The notes below the pieces were generated by a model, which saw nothing but the letters and a program-made list of their open reading frames with translations, was not told the DNA's origin and made no database searches. The position numbers were made by a program, and so were the translations under genes. A stretch of 64,000 nucleotides of DNA from an uncultured delta proteobacterium (GTDB taxonomy: Bacteria > Desulfobacterota > Binatia > UBA9968), in contig CAVSHR010000004.1 of the NCBI GenBank assembly GCA_963727625.1, positions 96,001 to 160,000 of the forward strand, read 5' to 3'. Positions 9,344-17,703 of this stretch are shown here, in pieces. Positions within the stretch are counted from its first letter, which is position 1; the number at the start of each line of letters is the position of its first letter.

Positions 9344-10762
9344 ATGTCTTGGTTAAGAAACATTACCGGTTTGATTATTTATGCCACGTTCGTGAGCGGA
9401 TGTGCGTCGGTTGATTTATCGGCGGGCTTTCCCGATGTGCGGTCCAATGTTCAACAGCAACTGGGCATGTCGCTTTACTGGAATAACGGCACCAATCTCG
9501 ATCGGGAGGTGGATGAGAAGTTAAAAGCGATCTTGAGAGAAAAATTGACCGCGGAGCGGGCGGTGCAGGTCGCGCTGCTCAACAACCGCGAGTTGCAGGG
9601 CGTGTACGCGGACTTGGGCGTGGCGCAGGCCGATCTGGTGCAGGCCGGCTTATTAAAGAATCCGTTGTTCGATGCGGTTGTAACTTTTCCTGTTGTTGGC
9701 GGCCGGCCGGACTTCGAGCTCACCGCTGCCATGGGCTTTCTTGATGTTTTCTATCTTCCCCTGAGAAAGCGAGTGGCAGAGGGCCGATTCGCCGAAGCCA
9801 AGTCGCGGGTGACCGGAGCAGTGCTCGATCTTGCCGGAAAGGTGCGATCGGCATTTTTCGACCATCTCGCGAATGTGCAGATAATCGAACTTAGTCAGTC
9901 GATCGTCCAAGGTCTGGGGGCGTCGGTCGACATTACCCAAAGATTGCACGAGGCCGGCAACTCTTCCGATCTCGATCACGCCCGTGAAAGACTCCTCTTG
10001 GAGGTTGGGAAGCTGCAGCTCCGCAGGGCCGAGATCCTGAGCCGGCAAAGCCGGGAACAACTGAATGTATTGATGGGACTTTGGGGCGACGAAACTGAAT
10101 GGCAGAGCGATGGGCGATTGCCCGATATTTCTAAAGACGAAATTTCCTTGCAGGAATTCGAACGGATGGCGGTCGAGCGAAGTTTTAATCTCGCTGAGGG
10201 ACGGCAAAGAATTATCGCTGCAGGCGAGCAACTCGGACTCAATCGTGCAACCGCCTTGATTCCTGATCTGGATGCCGGTGCGCGGGGAGAGCGCGGCGAC
10301 GGAGCTTGGGCCGTCGGGCCGGTGCTCCAATTTCCTATTCCGGTATTCGATCAGGGCCAGGCTCGAACCGCCCGTGCCGCGGCGGAGCTACGCCGCGCCG
10401 AGCAGGAATTTTACGCATTGGCCGTGCGTGTGCGGGCGACAGCCAGGATGGTGGCCGATCGCTTAATCGGTGCCCGCGATCGTGTGCTCTATTATCGAGA
10501 CGTGGTGTTACCCTTACAGCAGCAGGTAGTCGATGAGACGCAATTGAATTACAACGCGATGCAGCTCGGCCCGATCGATTGGCTGCGCGCGCGTGAACAA
10601 CAGATCGGAACGGCTGCAAGCTACGTCGAAGCGTTGCGCGACTATTGGCTAGCGCATAGCGACTACCAGCAGTTGTTGATCGGCCGCTTGCCGCAACAGA
10701 GCGCGACGGTGACGACGCCAGTGACGCGGGTTACGGCTGCCGCCGTTGACGTGAACCACTGA
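9344..10762 (+). CDS. TolC-family outer membrane lipoprotein (copper-resistance-associated type)
   Basis: Lipobox VSGC, AVQVALLNN..LQ..LGVAQADLVQAGLLKNP, IPVFDQGQ, YNAMQ. Confidence 0.9.
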   Translation: MSWLRNITGLIIYATFVSGCASVDLSAGFPDVRSNVQQQLGMSLYWNNGTNLDREVDEKLKAILREKLTAERAVQVALLNNRELQGVYADLGVAQADLVQAGLLKNPLFDAVVTFPVVGGRPDFELTAAMGFLDVFYLPLRKRVAEGRFAEAKSRVTGAVLDLAGKVRSAFFDHLANVQIIELSQSIVQGLGASVDITQRLHEAGNSSDLDHARERLLLEVGKLQLRRAEILSRQSREQLNVLMGLWGDETEWQSDGRLPDISKDEISLQEFERMAVERSFNLAEGRQRIIAAGEQLGLNRATALIPDLDAGARGERGDGAWAVGPVLQFPIPVFDQGQARTARAAAELRRAEQEFYALAVRVRATARMVADRLIGARDRVLYYRDVVLPLQQQVVDETQLNYNAMQLGPIDWLRAREQQIGTAASYVEALRDYWLAHSDYQQLLIGRLPQQSATVTTPVTRVTAAAVDVNH

Positions 10763-10779
10763 CGAGGAGAATTGATGAG

Positions 10780-12192
10780 ATGAAGAACAAACTTTCGCGT
10801 CGCCAGATGCTTGGCCTCGGCATCGCCGGTCTCGCTGGTACCGTTGTATTGCCGAAGGGTCACGCCGAAGCGCTAGCCGGAAACGAATACGCGCCGGCTA
10901 ATAATTCACTGAACGAACGGCGCGCTCGCTGGGAAAAAAGTTACAGCGGTGGCAAAACAGACGTAAAACCGTTGCGGCCCGGTTCGGCGGAAACGGATTA
11001 TCAACCGATCGTCGTTCCCAACGGCGGCACGCTGCAGTTCAAGATCATCGACGGCGTGAAAGTCTTTCACCTGATCGCCGAAGAGGTAAACCATGCCTTC
11101 GATGCCGGATTGCGCGCCAGATGCTGGGGTTTTAATGGCCGGGTCAATGCAACGGTGTTGGAGGCGGTGGAGGGTGAGCGCGTGCGGATTTACGTGACCA
11201 ATCGCTTGCCGGTTTCGACCTCCGTCCATTGGCATGGCATCTATCTGCCCAACGGCATGGACGGGGTCGGCGGTTTGACCCAGCCCTATATCAAGCCGGG
11301 CGAAACGGTGAAATACGAATGGACGCTGCGCCAGCACGGCACACTGATGTACCATTCCCATCACGATGAGATGACGCAGATGGGCATGGGCATGATCGGC
11401 ATGTTCATCGTCCACCCGAGAAAACCGGCTCCCGAGTATCGCGTCGACCGGGATTTTGCTCTGCTCCTGAGCGAGTGGGTCATCGAGGCTGGCACGGCGC
11501 GGCCCAACACGCTTAAAATGAACGATGCCAACGTGCTGACGATCAACGGCAAGGTGTTTCCGTCGACGGCGGCGCTGGTCTGCAAGACCGGCGACAGGGT
11601 GCGGCTCCGAGTCGGCAACCTGAGCGCCATGAGCCATCACCCCTTGCACATCCACGGCTATCATTTTCGCATCACCGCCACCGACGGCGAAGATATTCCC
11701 TTGAGCGCGCAGTGGCCCGAGGTGACGGCGCTGATCGGTGTGGGCCAAACGCGCAATCTCGAATTCATCGCGGACGCGCCCGGCGACTGGGCGATCCACT
11801 GCCACATGACGCACCATGTGATGAACCAGATGGGGCACCAGTTTCCCAATTTGGTCGGCATGAACGCCGATGGTCTGGAAGAAAAATTGCGTCCGCTCTT
11901 GCCGGCCTACATGACCATGGGGAACACGGGCATGGATATGGGCAAAATGACGGAGGTGATGCCGTATCCCCGCAATACCATATCGATGAAGGGGGCCACA
12001 GGTCCGTTCGGCGATTACATTTCCATGGGTGGGATGATGACAGTGATCAAAGTGCGTGACCGTTTGAAAAGTTACGACGAGGATCCGGGCTGGTACCAAC
12101 ATCCGCCGGGAACTCTGGCGCTCAAAGCTACTGAGGCGGATCTGGCGCGTGACGGAATTGCGCTTTTCACCGGAGCGGCGGGTTCCCTATAG
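10780..12192 (+). CDS. Tat-exported two-domain multicopper oxidase
   Basis: SRRQML Tat motif; HWHG, YHSH, HPLHIHG, HCHMTHHVMNQM; Met-rich tail; DPGWYQHPPGT. Confidence 0.93.
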   Translation: MKNKLSRRQMLGLGIAGLAGTVVLPKGHAEALAGNEYAPANNSLNERRARWEKSYSGGKTDVKPLRPGSAETDYQPIVVPNGGTLQFKIIDGVKVFHLIAEEVNHAFDAGLRARCWGFNGRVNATVLEAVEGERVRIYVTNRLPVSTSVHWHGIYLPNGMDGVGGLTQPYIKPGETVKYEWTLRQHGTLMYHSHHDEMTQMGMGMIGMFIVHPRKPAPEYRVDRDFALLLSEWVIEAGTARPNTLKMNDANVLTINGKVFPSTAALVCKTGDRVRLRVGNLSAMSHHPLHIHGYHFRITATDGEDIPLSAQWPEVTALIGVGQTRNLEFIADAPGDWAIHCHMTHHVMNQMGHQFPNLVGMNADGLEEKLRPLLPAYMTMGNTGMDMGKMTEVMPYPRNTISMKGATGPFGDYISMGGMMTVIKVRDRLKSYDEDPGWYQHPPGTLALKATEADLARDGIALFTGAAGSL

Positions 12193-12708
12193 CTAATCGG
12201 AATCAAGGGCACGTGCAACTCTATCATCGTCGGTGGCGCTGAAGCTAATTTTCTTGGAATTGAAAATTTAGATGCTTGGCGTTGTCAATCTTGAGAAGGA
12301 AGACGCAAGGAGATCCGGTGACTGTCTAGCATTATCCTGGCCTTCTGACCGTGGCGGGTATCTTGCTTACTCCATTTGTTATCAATGAGCGCGCCTAGCA
12401 TGACAGTTCGATGTCTAAAATCCTGTGGATCGGTTTGCTTGGCTAGTGTTACTCACCTATTCAAGCATAGCATGGGCCTTTGGCGGCTGTCGCGAGGACG
12501 GTGAGGAGCTTGCTAGCGAGCAATTGGCCAGCGGCGATTTCGCAAACGCGAGTCCGATCAACCTTGTTGCGCGTTCTGTTGATGAACCGGTCGGCAGGGT
12601 GCATTGCGTTGCAACTTATTACGCGTTTGACGCGATCGCACAATATTCTTCGATTGGGTTTTTGAAACAGCCCCTCAGCGGTATCCAGTTAACGTCTTTC
12701 ATTTCAAA
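11943..12708 (+). repeat. Donor copy of ~770-bp diverged duplication (partner 24461-25233)
   Basis: Colinear identity from the MCO 3' end through the intergenic region and the 5' two-thirds of the leader ORF, ending at tttcaaa. Confidence 0.92.
12352..12367 (+). promoter_or_regulatory. Putative sigma54 (-24/-12) promoter
   Basis: TGGCgggtatcTTGCT has exact GG-N10-GC spacing; both boxes are conserved in the duplicate at 24869-24884. Confidence 0.6.
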
Positions 12709-12832
12709 CAAATCCACATCAGCGGGTGGAGTTGAAATGTTCGGTGGACATTCCCCGCGTGGTTGGCTTGCTAGGTCTTCGCCGCCGAGTCTTCTATCTC
12801 GTCATCTTCTGCTCGCCGTTTGGCTAATCTGA
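12425..12832 (+). CDS. Secreted upstream (leader-like) protein, copy 2
   Basis: YSSIAWAFGGCR, PVGRVHC, C-terminus SPP..RHLLLAVWLI; start codon uncertain (GTG). Confidence 0.65.
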   Translation: MDRFAWLVLLTYSSIAWAFGGCREDGEELASEQLASGDFANASPINLVARSVDEPVGRVHCVATYYAFDAIAQYSSIGFLKQPLSGIQLTSFISNKSTSAGGVEMFGGHSPRGWLARSSPPSLLSRHLLLAVWLI

Positions 12833-12850
12833 CGCTCCTCCTGTCTTTTG

Positions 12851-12875
12851 CGATGCCTGGTTTACCGAGGCATCG
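12851..12875 (+). promoter_or_regulatory. Stem-loop downstream of leader ORF copy 2
   Basis: cgatgcct-ggtttaccg-aggcatcg, perfect 8-bp stem; no immediate U-tract. Confidence 0.5.
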
Positions 12876-12991
12876 GTCGGTAATACATTTTCGTGGGATT
12901 GAAGCAGTTTTCTTTTCTTCGTGAAAAATTTATGAAGCCGATTCCCATACAAACCGTCCGGCGAGGTCTGACAATAAGGAGCAAAAAGAGC

Positions 12992-13402
12992 ATGAAACCA
13001 CTAAAATTATTTCTCATGGCATTTCTCCTAGTAGGTTTCGTGGGATGGGGAGAAAGTTACGCAGTAGGTGCCTCGGATGCGACGCAAACGGTTTCAGGTG
13101 GAGGAGTGACGGTGGCCGTGACCTACATGAACCCGCGCAGCCATGAGAGTCCCCAGTTCCAAGTGACGCTTAACACCCACTCGGTTACTTTAGACAGCTA
13201 TGATCTTAAGACCATAGCGTTACTGCGCGATGGCGCAGGAAAAACTTACGCACCGATAAAGTTCGAGAACAAAGGCGCTGGCCATCACCGCCAGGTCGCA
13301 TTGACGTTTCCAAAAATATCCGAAGGAGCGAAGCGGGTCGAAGTCATTATTAAAGACGTCGCAGGAGTCAAGGAAAGAACATTTCGCTGGAACATTCAGT
13401 AA
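12992..13402 (+). CDS. Secreted hypothetical protein with THS and GHHR motifs (probable metal-binding)
   Basis: Signal peptide, LNTHSVTLDSYDL, GAGHHR; AAGGAG upstream. Confidence 0.75.
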   Translation: MKPLKLFLMAFLLVGFVGWGESYAVGASDATQTVSGGGVTVAVTYMNPRSHESPQFQVTLNTHSVTLDSYDLKTIALLRDGAGKTYAPIKFENKGAGHHRQVALTFPKISEGAKRVEVIIKDVAGVKERTFRWNIQ

Positions 13403-13449
13403 ATTAGATACCGGATTGGGGGCGAACGCGATGAATTCGGAGGTCGGTC

Positions 13450-13602
13450 ATGGGAGAGTTCTTACAAAGCAATTGGTTTTGGATCGTCCTGGTGGTTTTT
13501 TTTATCTGGATGCACGCCTCGGGGTATGGCTGCGGAGGGCATGGCGGGCATAGAAACCATGGTGATCGAATCCAGAAGCCTGATGAGGATCAGCCTCGGT
13601 AG
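13450..13602 (+). CDS. Small His-rich membrane protein (DUF2933-like), 50 aa, not in the ORF track
   Basis: Read manually: MGEFLQSNWFWIVLVVFFIWMHASGYGCGGHGGHRNHGDRIQKPDEDQPR; GGAGG RBS at 13439. Confidence 0.7.
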   Translation: MGEFLQSNWFWIVLVVFFIWMHASGYGCGGHGGHRNHGDRIQKPDEDQPR

Positions 13603-13678
13603 AGAGCGGACCTTGAGAGCCCCACCTGAGGCTCATGTCGCCGTGGATTTGGCATCCTAAGCGGCGAGAAAGAACGCG

Positions 13679-14014
13679 ATGTGTCACATATTTCTAGTAC
13701 TTCCGATTATCGCACTACCAGTGTTCTGGTTCTTGCCTTGGCAGCAAGCGGTGCTCCTTTATGCCGCCGTCTGCCTCGTATCTGGGGGTTTCTATTGGCT
13801 GATGTGGGGAACCATGAGCCGGCCTGCAGCCACGGGTATTGAGGGAATGATCGGCGGAATCGGAACGGTATTTCGCTACGCTGAAGGTAAGACGAAAGTG
13901 TTTTACCGGGGCGAGATTTGGGATGCTGTGAGTAAAGACCGGATGTCTCCGGACGAACGAGTCGAGATCATTGGGGTCGACAGGATGAAACTGGTCGTGC
14001 GCCATCGGGCTTGA
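13679..14014 (+). CDS. NfeD-like C-terminal domain membrane protein
   Basis: Two TMs, TGIEGMIG..G, GEIWDA, VEIIGVDRMKLVV; MCH N-terminus. Confidence 0.8.
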   Translation: MCHIFLVLPIIALPVFWFLPWQQAVLLYAAVCLVSGGFYWLMWGTMSRPAATGIEGMIGGIGTVFRYAEGKTKVFYRGEIWDAVSKDRMSPDERVEIIGVDRMKLVVRHRA

Positions 14015-14021
14015 TCGGCCG

Positions 14022-14447
14022 TTGGGGGTTTTAAACGTGGGAGTATCTAGGCAGATTGCGCTGGTTGGTGGAGCCATTCTCACAGTGGTCGGTATCATTG
14101 CCGGCGGCCGCTATCTGACTCAGGAAGGCGCCGATCAGCAAAGAACGGTTATCGTTCCGAAGCTTTCTCCGGAAGCGACAATAGGAGAGGCGGTTTTCGT
14201 AGCTAACTGTGGCGGCTGTCACGGCAAGGATGCGGCCGGGACCGACAAAGGACCGACCCTGGTCAAGCAAATTTACAGCCCTTCGCACCACAGTGATTTT
14301 TCCTTCGTGCGCGCGGTCACTGTGGGGGCGCCGCAGCATCATTGGTTATTTGGAACGATGCCGGCACAGCCCCAGGTAACACGGGAGCAAATAGATCAGA
14401 TCGTGTTTTATATCCGGGAGCTTCAGCAGGCCAAGGGGATAAGCTGA
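14022..14447 (+). CDS. Monoheme cytochrome c with HH motifs
   Basis: N-terminal TM, CGGCHG, GPTLV, SHHSD, QHHWLFGTMP. Confidence 0.88.
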   Translation: MGVLNVGVSRQIALVGGAILTVVGIIAGGRYLTQEGADQQRTVIVPKLSPEATIGEAVFVANCGGCHGKDAAGTDKGPTLVKQIYSPSHHSDFSFVRAVTVGAPQHHWLFGTMPAQPQVTREQIDQIVFYIRELQQAKGIS

Positions 14448-14594
14448 GATTATGCTGAACAATCGCATTCTGACGGGGTCAATGGCGACATTTACCACAT
14501 GACCCACACCAATGGAGCTACAGCCGACAAAGAACTAAATCAATAAGGCGTTCATGATTCATCTTGGTCACAATGGCAATGGTGACTGCGGCAG

Positions 14595-15086
14595 ATGCAC
14601 GATTTGTTTGTCGACGAGGCAAGGGAAAAAATGAGCCGAGCTAGGATTGTTTGGAGATCCATTCTTTACGGCTTTGTCGCAACGGCGGCACTTCTGGGAG
14701 TCTACTTTGTGATTCTTGCCGCGCTTTCCGGTTGGGATTTCACCGTCAGTCAGTTTTTCGAGTTTTGGTATTTCATCGTTTCTTTGGCGGTGGGCTTCGG
14801 TGTGCAGATTGGGCTTTACAGTTATCTACGCAACGCTGTCCGGAGCATGGACATGTCCGGAAAAGTGGTTGCCGTGTCGGGGACGACTTCCACCGCAGCC
14901 ATGATTTCGTGCTGCGCACATTACCTGACCAACATCCTTCCGGTGGTCGGCGCCGCCGGCGCGGTCGCGCTGGTGGCTCAATACCAGATCGAATTCTTTT
15001 GGTTTGGATTAGCGTGCAATCTGGCTGGAATTATTTACATGACCACAAGGGTAGCCAAATTTTCCCGCGCTCATGCCATGAAATGA
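14595..15086 (+). CDS. Membrane protein with SCCAH motif
   Basis: About four TMs; GTTSTAAMISCCAHYL; alternative start at 14631. Confidence 0.8.
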   Translation: MHDLFVDEAREKMSRARIVWRSILYGFVATAALLGVYFVILAALSGWDFTVSQFFEFWYFIVSLAVGFGVQIGLYSYLRNAVRSMDMSGKVVAVSGTTSTAAMISCCAHYLTNILPVVGAAGAVALVAQYQIEFFWFGLACNLAGIIYMTTRVAKFSRAHAMK

Positions 15087-15231
15087 CCGAGCAATGAAAG
15101 CGCCGATGAACTTAACAACTGCGGTTAAAATATTTTTGAGAACCGACGGCATGGGGGCGAAAAACGATTCAGCTCATCGGGGTATTAATCTGAGGGAAAT
15201 TTACGGGTTGGATCTGGTCGCCGGCGCTGCC

Positions 15232-15495
15232 ATGGATGGATTGTGGGGAGGTTTATATGACTGCGGTTACGGATCGCACCCGACGATGTGGGGTGCTTGA
15301 GGATTTGCCATGATGCTGATGATGATTCTGTTTTGGGGTCTGATTATTGTTGCGGTTGTCTTGGGCGTTCGCTGGTTCGTCGGACAGGGAAAGGAGTCGC
15401 CATCGGACTCGCCCCTCGATATCCTGCGCCAACGCTACGCGCGCGGCGAGATGAATAAGGAAGAGTTCGAATCAAGAAAGCAAGATCTAAGCTAG
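15232..15495 (+). pseudogene. SHOCT-domain membrane protein interrupted by in-frame TGA (15298-15300); 61-aa product possible from 15310
   Basis: MDGLWGG...MWGA*GFAMMLMMILFWG...PLDILRQRYARGEMNKEEFE all in one frame. Confidence 0.7.
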
Positions 15496-16415
15496 TGTTG
15501 AATGGCAAACATAGCGGAATGAATCTCTCATGGATCCTGGGTGCCGCGGTGCTGCTGGCTCTAGCGTCCGCGAACGTGCCCGCGCAGGAAAGTCCGGGAA
15601 CGGGGAGAATGATGGAAGACCAGGATGTCGCAGGCATGCCGATGGGTCGCGCGCTTGCACCGACACCCTTTTATCGAGAACGGACCTTTCTTGTTTTGCT
15701 CGGCGTGGGCATCGGGGGAGTTGGAATTTTCGCATATCGTGTCGGTGGCTCTCGCTGGCGCTGGAAAAAAGCGCCTGCAAGTTCCGTAAGCGAAGCGGTT
15801 CTGGTCGTGGATTTAGTAGGTTCCACTCATCTTGCGACTCATTACGGCGAAGGATTGGCTTTGCGTGCCGCAGAGGTTTTGCAAGAGCGCACTTTAGCGT
15901 TGGCGGAAAGCCGCAGACTGCTTTTCGCAAAAAATACCGGCGACGGTTGCTTTATGACTTTCCCCAATGTTTTGGATGCGTGCGAGACGGCGATCGCGTT
16001 GTTGAGAGATGTTATTGATCGGCCGCCGGATCTTTCGCCGGTACCAAGCATCGAGCTGCGCGCGGGGATCAGCTACGGCGAGATTTTCATGGATTCGGGA
16101 AATGATCGTCATGCCTCGGCCATCAATAAGGCATTTCGCCTTGAAGGGCTGTCGCGTGAGAGCTTTGCCCAGGTGGAAGGCGAGAACAGCATGGTGACCG
16201 AAATCGCCGAACGTAATCGGATCTTCCTCGATGAAGAGGCGGCTCAAGAGTTACAGACCGGGGGAAGTGCCAAGATTCCTTTACGTTTTCTGGGTTTTGC
16301 ACGATTAAAGGGGTTTTCTGGATTGCACCGCGTGTACGAGGTGCCCTGGACGTCGTCGGTTCTAGAGCCTCACGAGCGTGCAGACGACGGGGGCGGCGAA
16401 ACGAGACACCGATGA
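15495..16415 (+). CDS. Membrane-anchored class III adenylate/guanylate cyclase
   Basis: VVDLVGST, KNTGDG, LRAGISYGE, DRHASAINKAFRLE; signal peptide, short Met-rich segment, one TM. Confidence 0.88.
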   Translation: MLNGKHSGMNLSWILGAAVLLALASANVPAQESPGTGRMMEDQDVAGMPMGRALAPTPFYRERTFLVLLGVGIGGVGIFAYRVGGSRWRWKKAPASSVSEAVLVVDLVGSTHLATHYGEGLALRAAEVLQERTLALAESRRLLFAKNTGDGCFMTFPNVLDACETAIALLRDVIDRPPDLSPVPSIELRAGISYGEIFMDSGNDRHASAINKAFRLEGLSRESFAQVEGENSMVTEIAERNRIFLDEEAAQELQTGGSAKIPLRFLGFARLKGFSGLHRVYEVPWTSSVLEPHERADDGGGETRHR

Positions 16416-16421
16416 AACTTA

Positions 16422-16517
16422 CAATCGGACTCATCCCTCGAGATTCTGCCCCAACGATATGCGCGCGGCGAGATGAGCAGGGATAAGTTCGCAGCGAAGA
16501 GGCGAGATCTGCTGTAG
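16422..16517 (+). pseudogene. SHOCT C-terminal remnant (similar to ~15400-15495)
   Basis: QSDSSLEILPQRYARGEMSRDKFAAKRRDLL* with no start or TM. Confidence 0.75.
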
Positions 16518-16545
16518 TGTTTTTGGCTGAACCGAGGCGAACCCT

Positions 16546-16671
16546 ATGCTTTACGTTACTGAGACAACTAAGGATTTCGATACGGCGGTGAAAGATCTGG
16601 AAGAGGGCGTGAAGAGACATAAGTACGGCGTCTTGTCGTGTCCCACCAGATTCGGAACACGGGATAAGTGA
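16546..16671 (+). pseudogene. Truncated DUF302-like N-terminus
   Basis: MLYVTETTKDFDTAVKDLEEGVKRHKYGVL then early stop; GAGG RBS; family recalled from memory. Confidence 0.55.
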
Positions 16672-16919
16672 GAGTAAAATGGCCATAGATAGGCGGGGAA
16701 GACCTGCCAGGAGGACGAGATGGCCAAATGCATGCGGGAGGTGAATTGATGCTTCCACAAGTCGCGGTCGGACGCCGATGTGTTGCAGACGAAATCACTA
16801 TTGATCGCTCGCTCCCTGGAAACGGTCCGATGAAGTAGATTGCAGTCCAATTTTGAGGAAGCCGACGTGACAATCTTTGCTTGTAAGTTTGGGTTTCGAA
16901 GCGGCGATAGGAGAGAGAA

Positions 16920-17582
16920 ATGGACGAGGGAGCCGACATAGGTTTCTGGGAACTTTCGATCATCATGGTCGTGATCGCGTCCTGGATTCTTTACCGCTAT
17001 GTCGCCCCCAAGGGGTGGAGAGAGTGGACAAGAGCTGGTCTGGTCCAGGCTTTCATCATCGCTTTATATGCGGAAATGTACGGATTTCCACTGACGATTT
17101 ATTTGTTGACGGGTTGGTTGGGGATAAAAATCCCGTGGGCGCACGATAGCGGCCATCTCTGGGCGTATCTCTTCGGCTGGGGACCTCTGGGCGTGATGGT
17201 AGAAATGCTCGTGGGATACACCTTCGTCTTTGCCGGGGTCTCGCTGCTCGCTGAGGGCTGGAGGGAAGTTTACTTTGCAACCAAAGAAGGACGGCTGGCC
17301 ACGGACAAGCTTTACGGTGTCGTCCGGCATCCTCAATATACGGGCATCTTTCTCGCGATCTTCGGCCAATTGATTCACTGGCCGACGATTCCGACGGTGG
17401 TTTTGTTTCCCATCATCGTGTGGGCTTACTACCGGCTCTCGAAAAAAGAAGAGCAACAGATGGTGCAAAAATACGGAGCGGCTTATGAGGCGTACCAACG
17501 TCGCGTGCCTATGTTCATTCCCAGGCAGGGCGAGTGGAAAAAGCTGATGTCGGCCGGGCAATTTAGGGAGAGCGAGCGATGA
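16920..17582 (+). CDS. Isoprenylcysteine carboxyl methyltransferase-family membrane protein
   Basis: AFIIALYAEMYGFPLTIY, LY..VRHPQYTG, EE....YG..Y..Y..RVPMFIP. Confidence 0.88.
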   Translation: MDEGADIGFWELSIIMVVIASWILYRYVAPKGWREWTRAGLVQAFIIALYAEMYGFPLTIYLLTGWLGIKIPWAHDSGHLWAYLFGWGPLGVMVEMLVGYTFVFAGVSLLAEGWREVYFATKEGRLATDKLYGVVRHPQYTGIFLAIFGQLIHWPTIPTVVLFPIIVWAYYRLSKKEEQQMVQKYGAAYEAYQRRVPMFIPRQGEWKKLMSAGQFRESER

Positions 17583-17703
17583 AGAACCGAATGGTGAAGG
17601 AGGCCAGGCAAGGGATTGTCCGTGCTGGTTAAGGAACAAGGAAGCTATCCGTCGATCCGATGAGCGGCGGCATGATCAGATGACCGGCTGTCAGGAGAAC
17701 GTT

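Noticed and set aside
15298-15300. Selenocysteine or Trp recoding of TGA
   Set aside because: Context suggests Trp rather than Cys, no SECIS-like hairpin was recognised, and TGA terminates many genes here.
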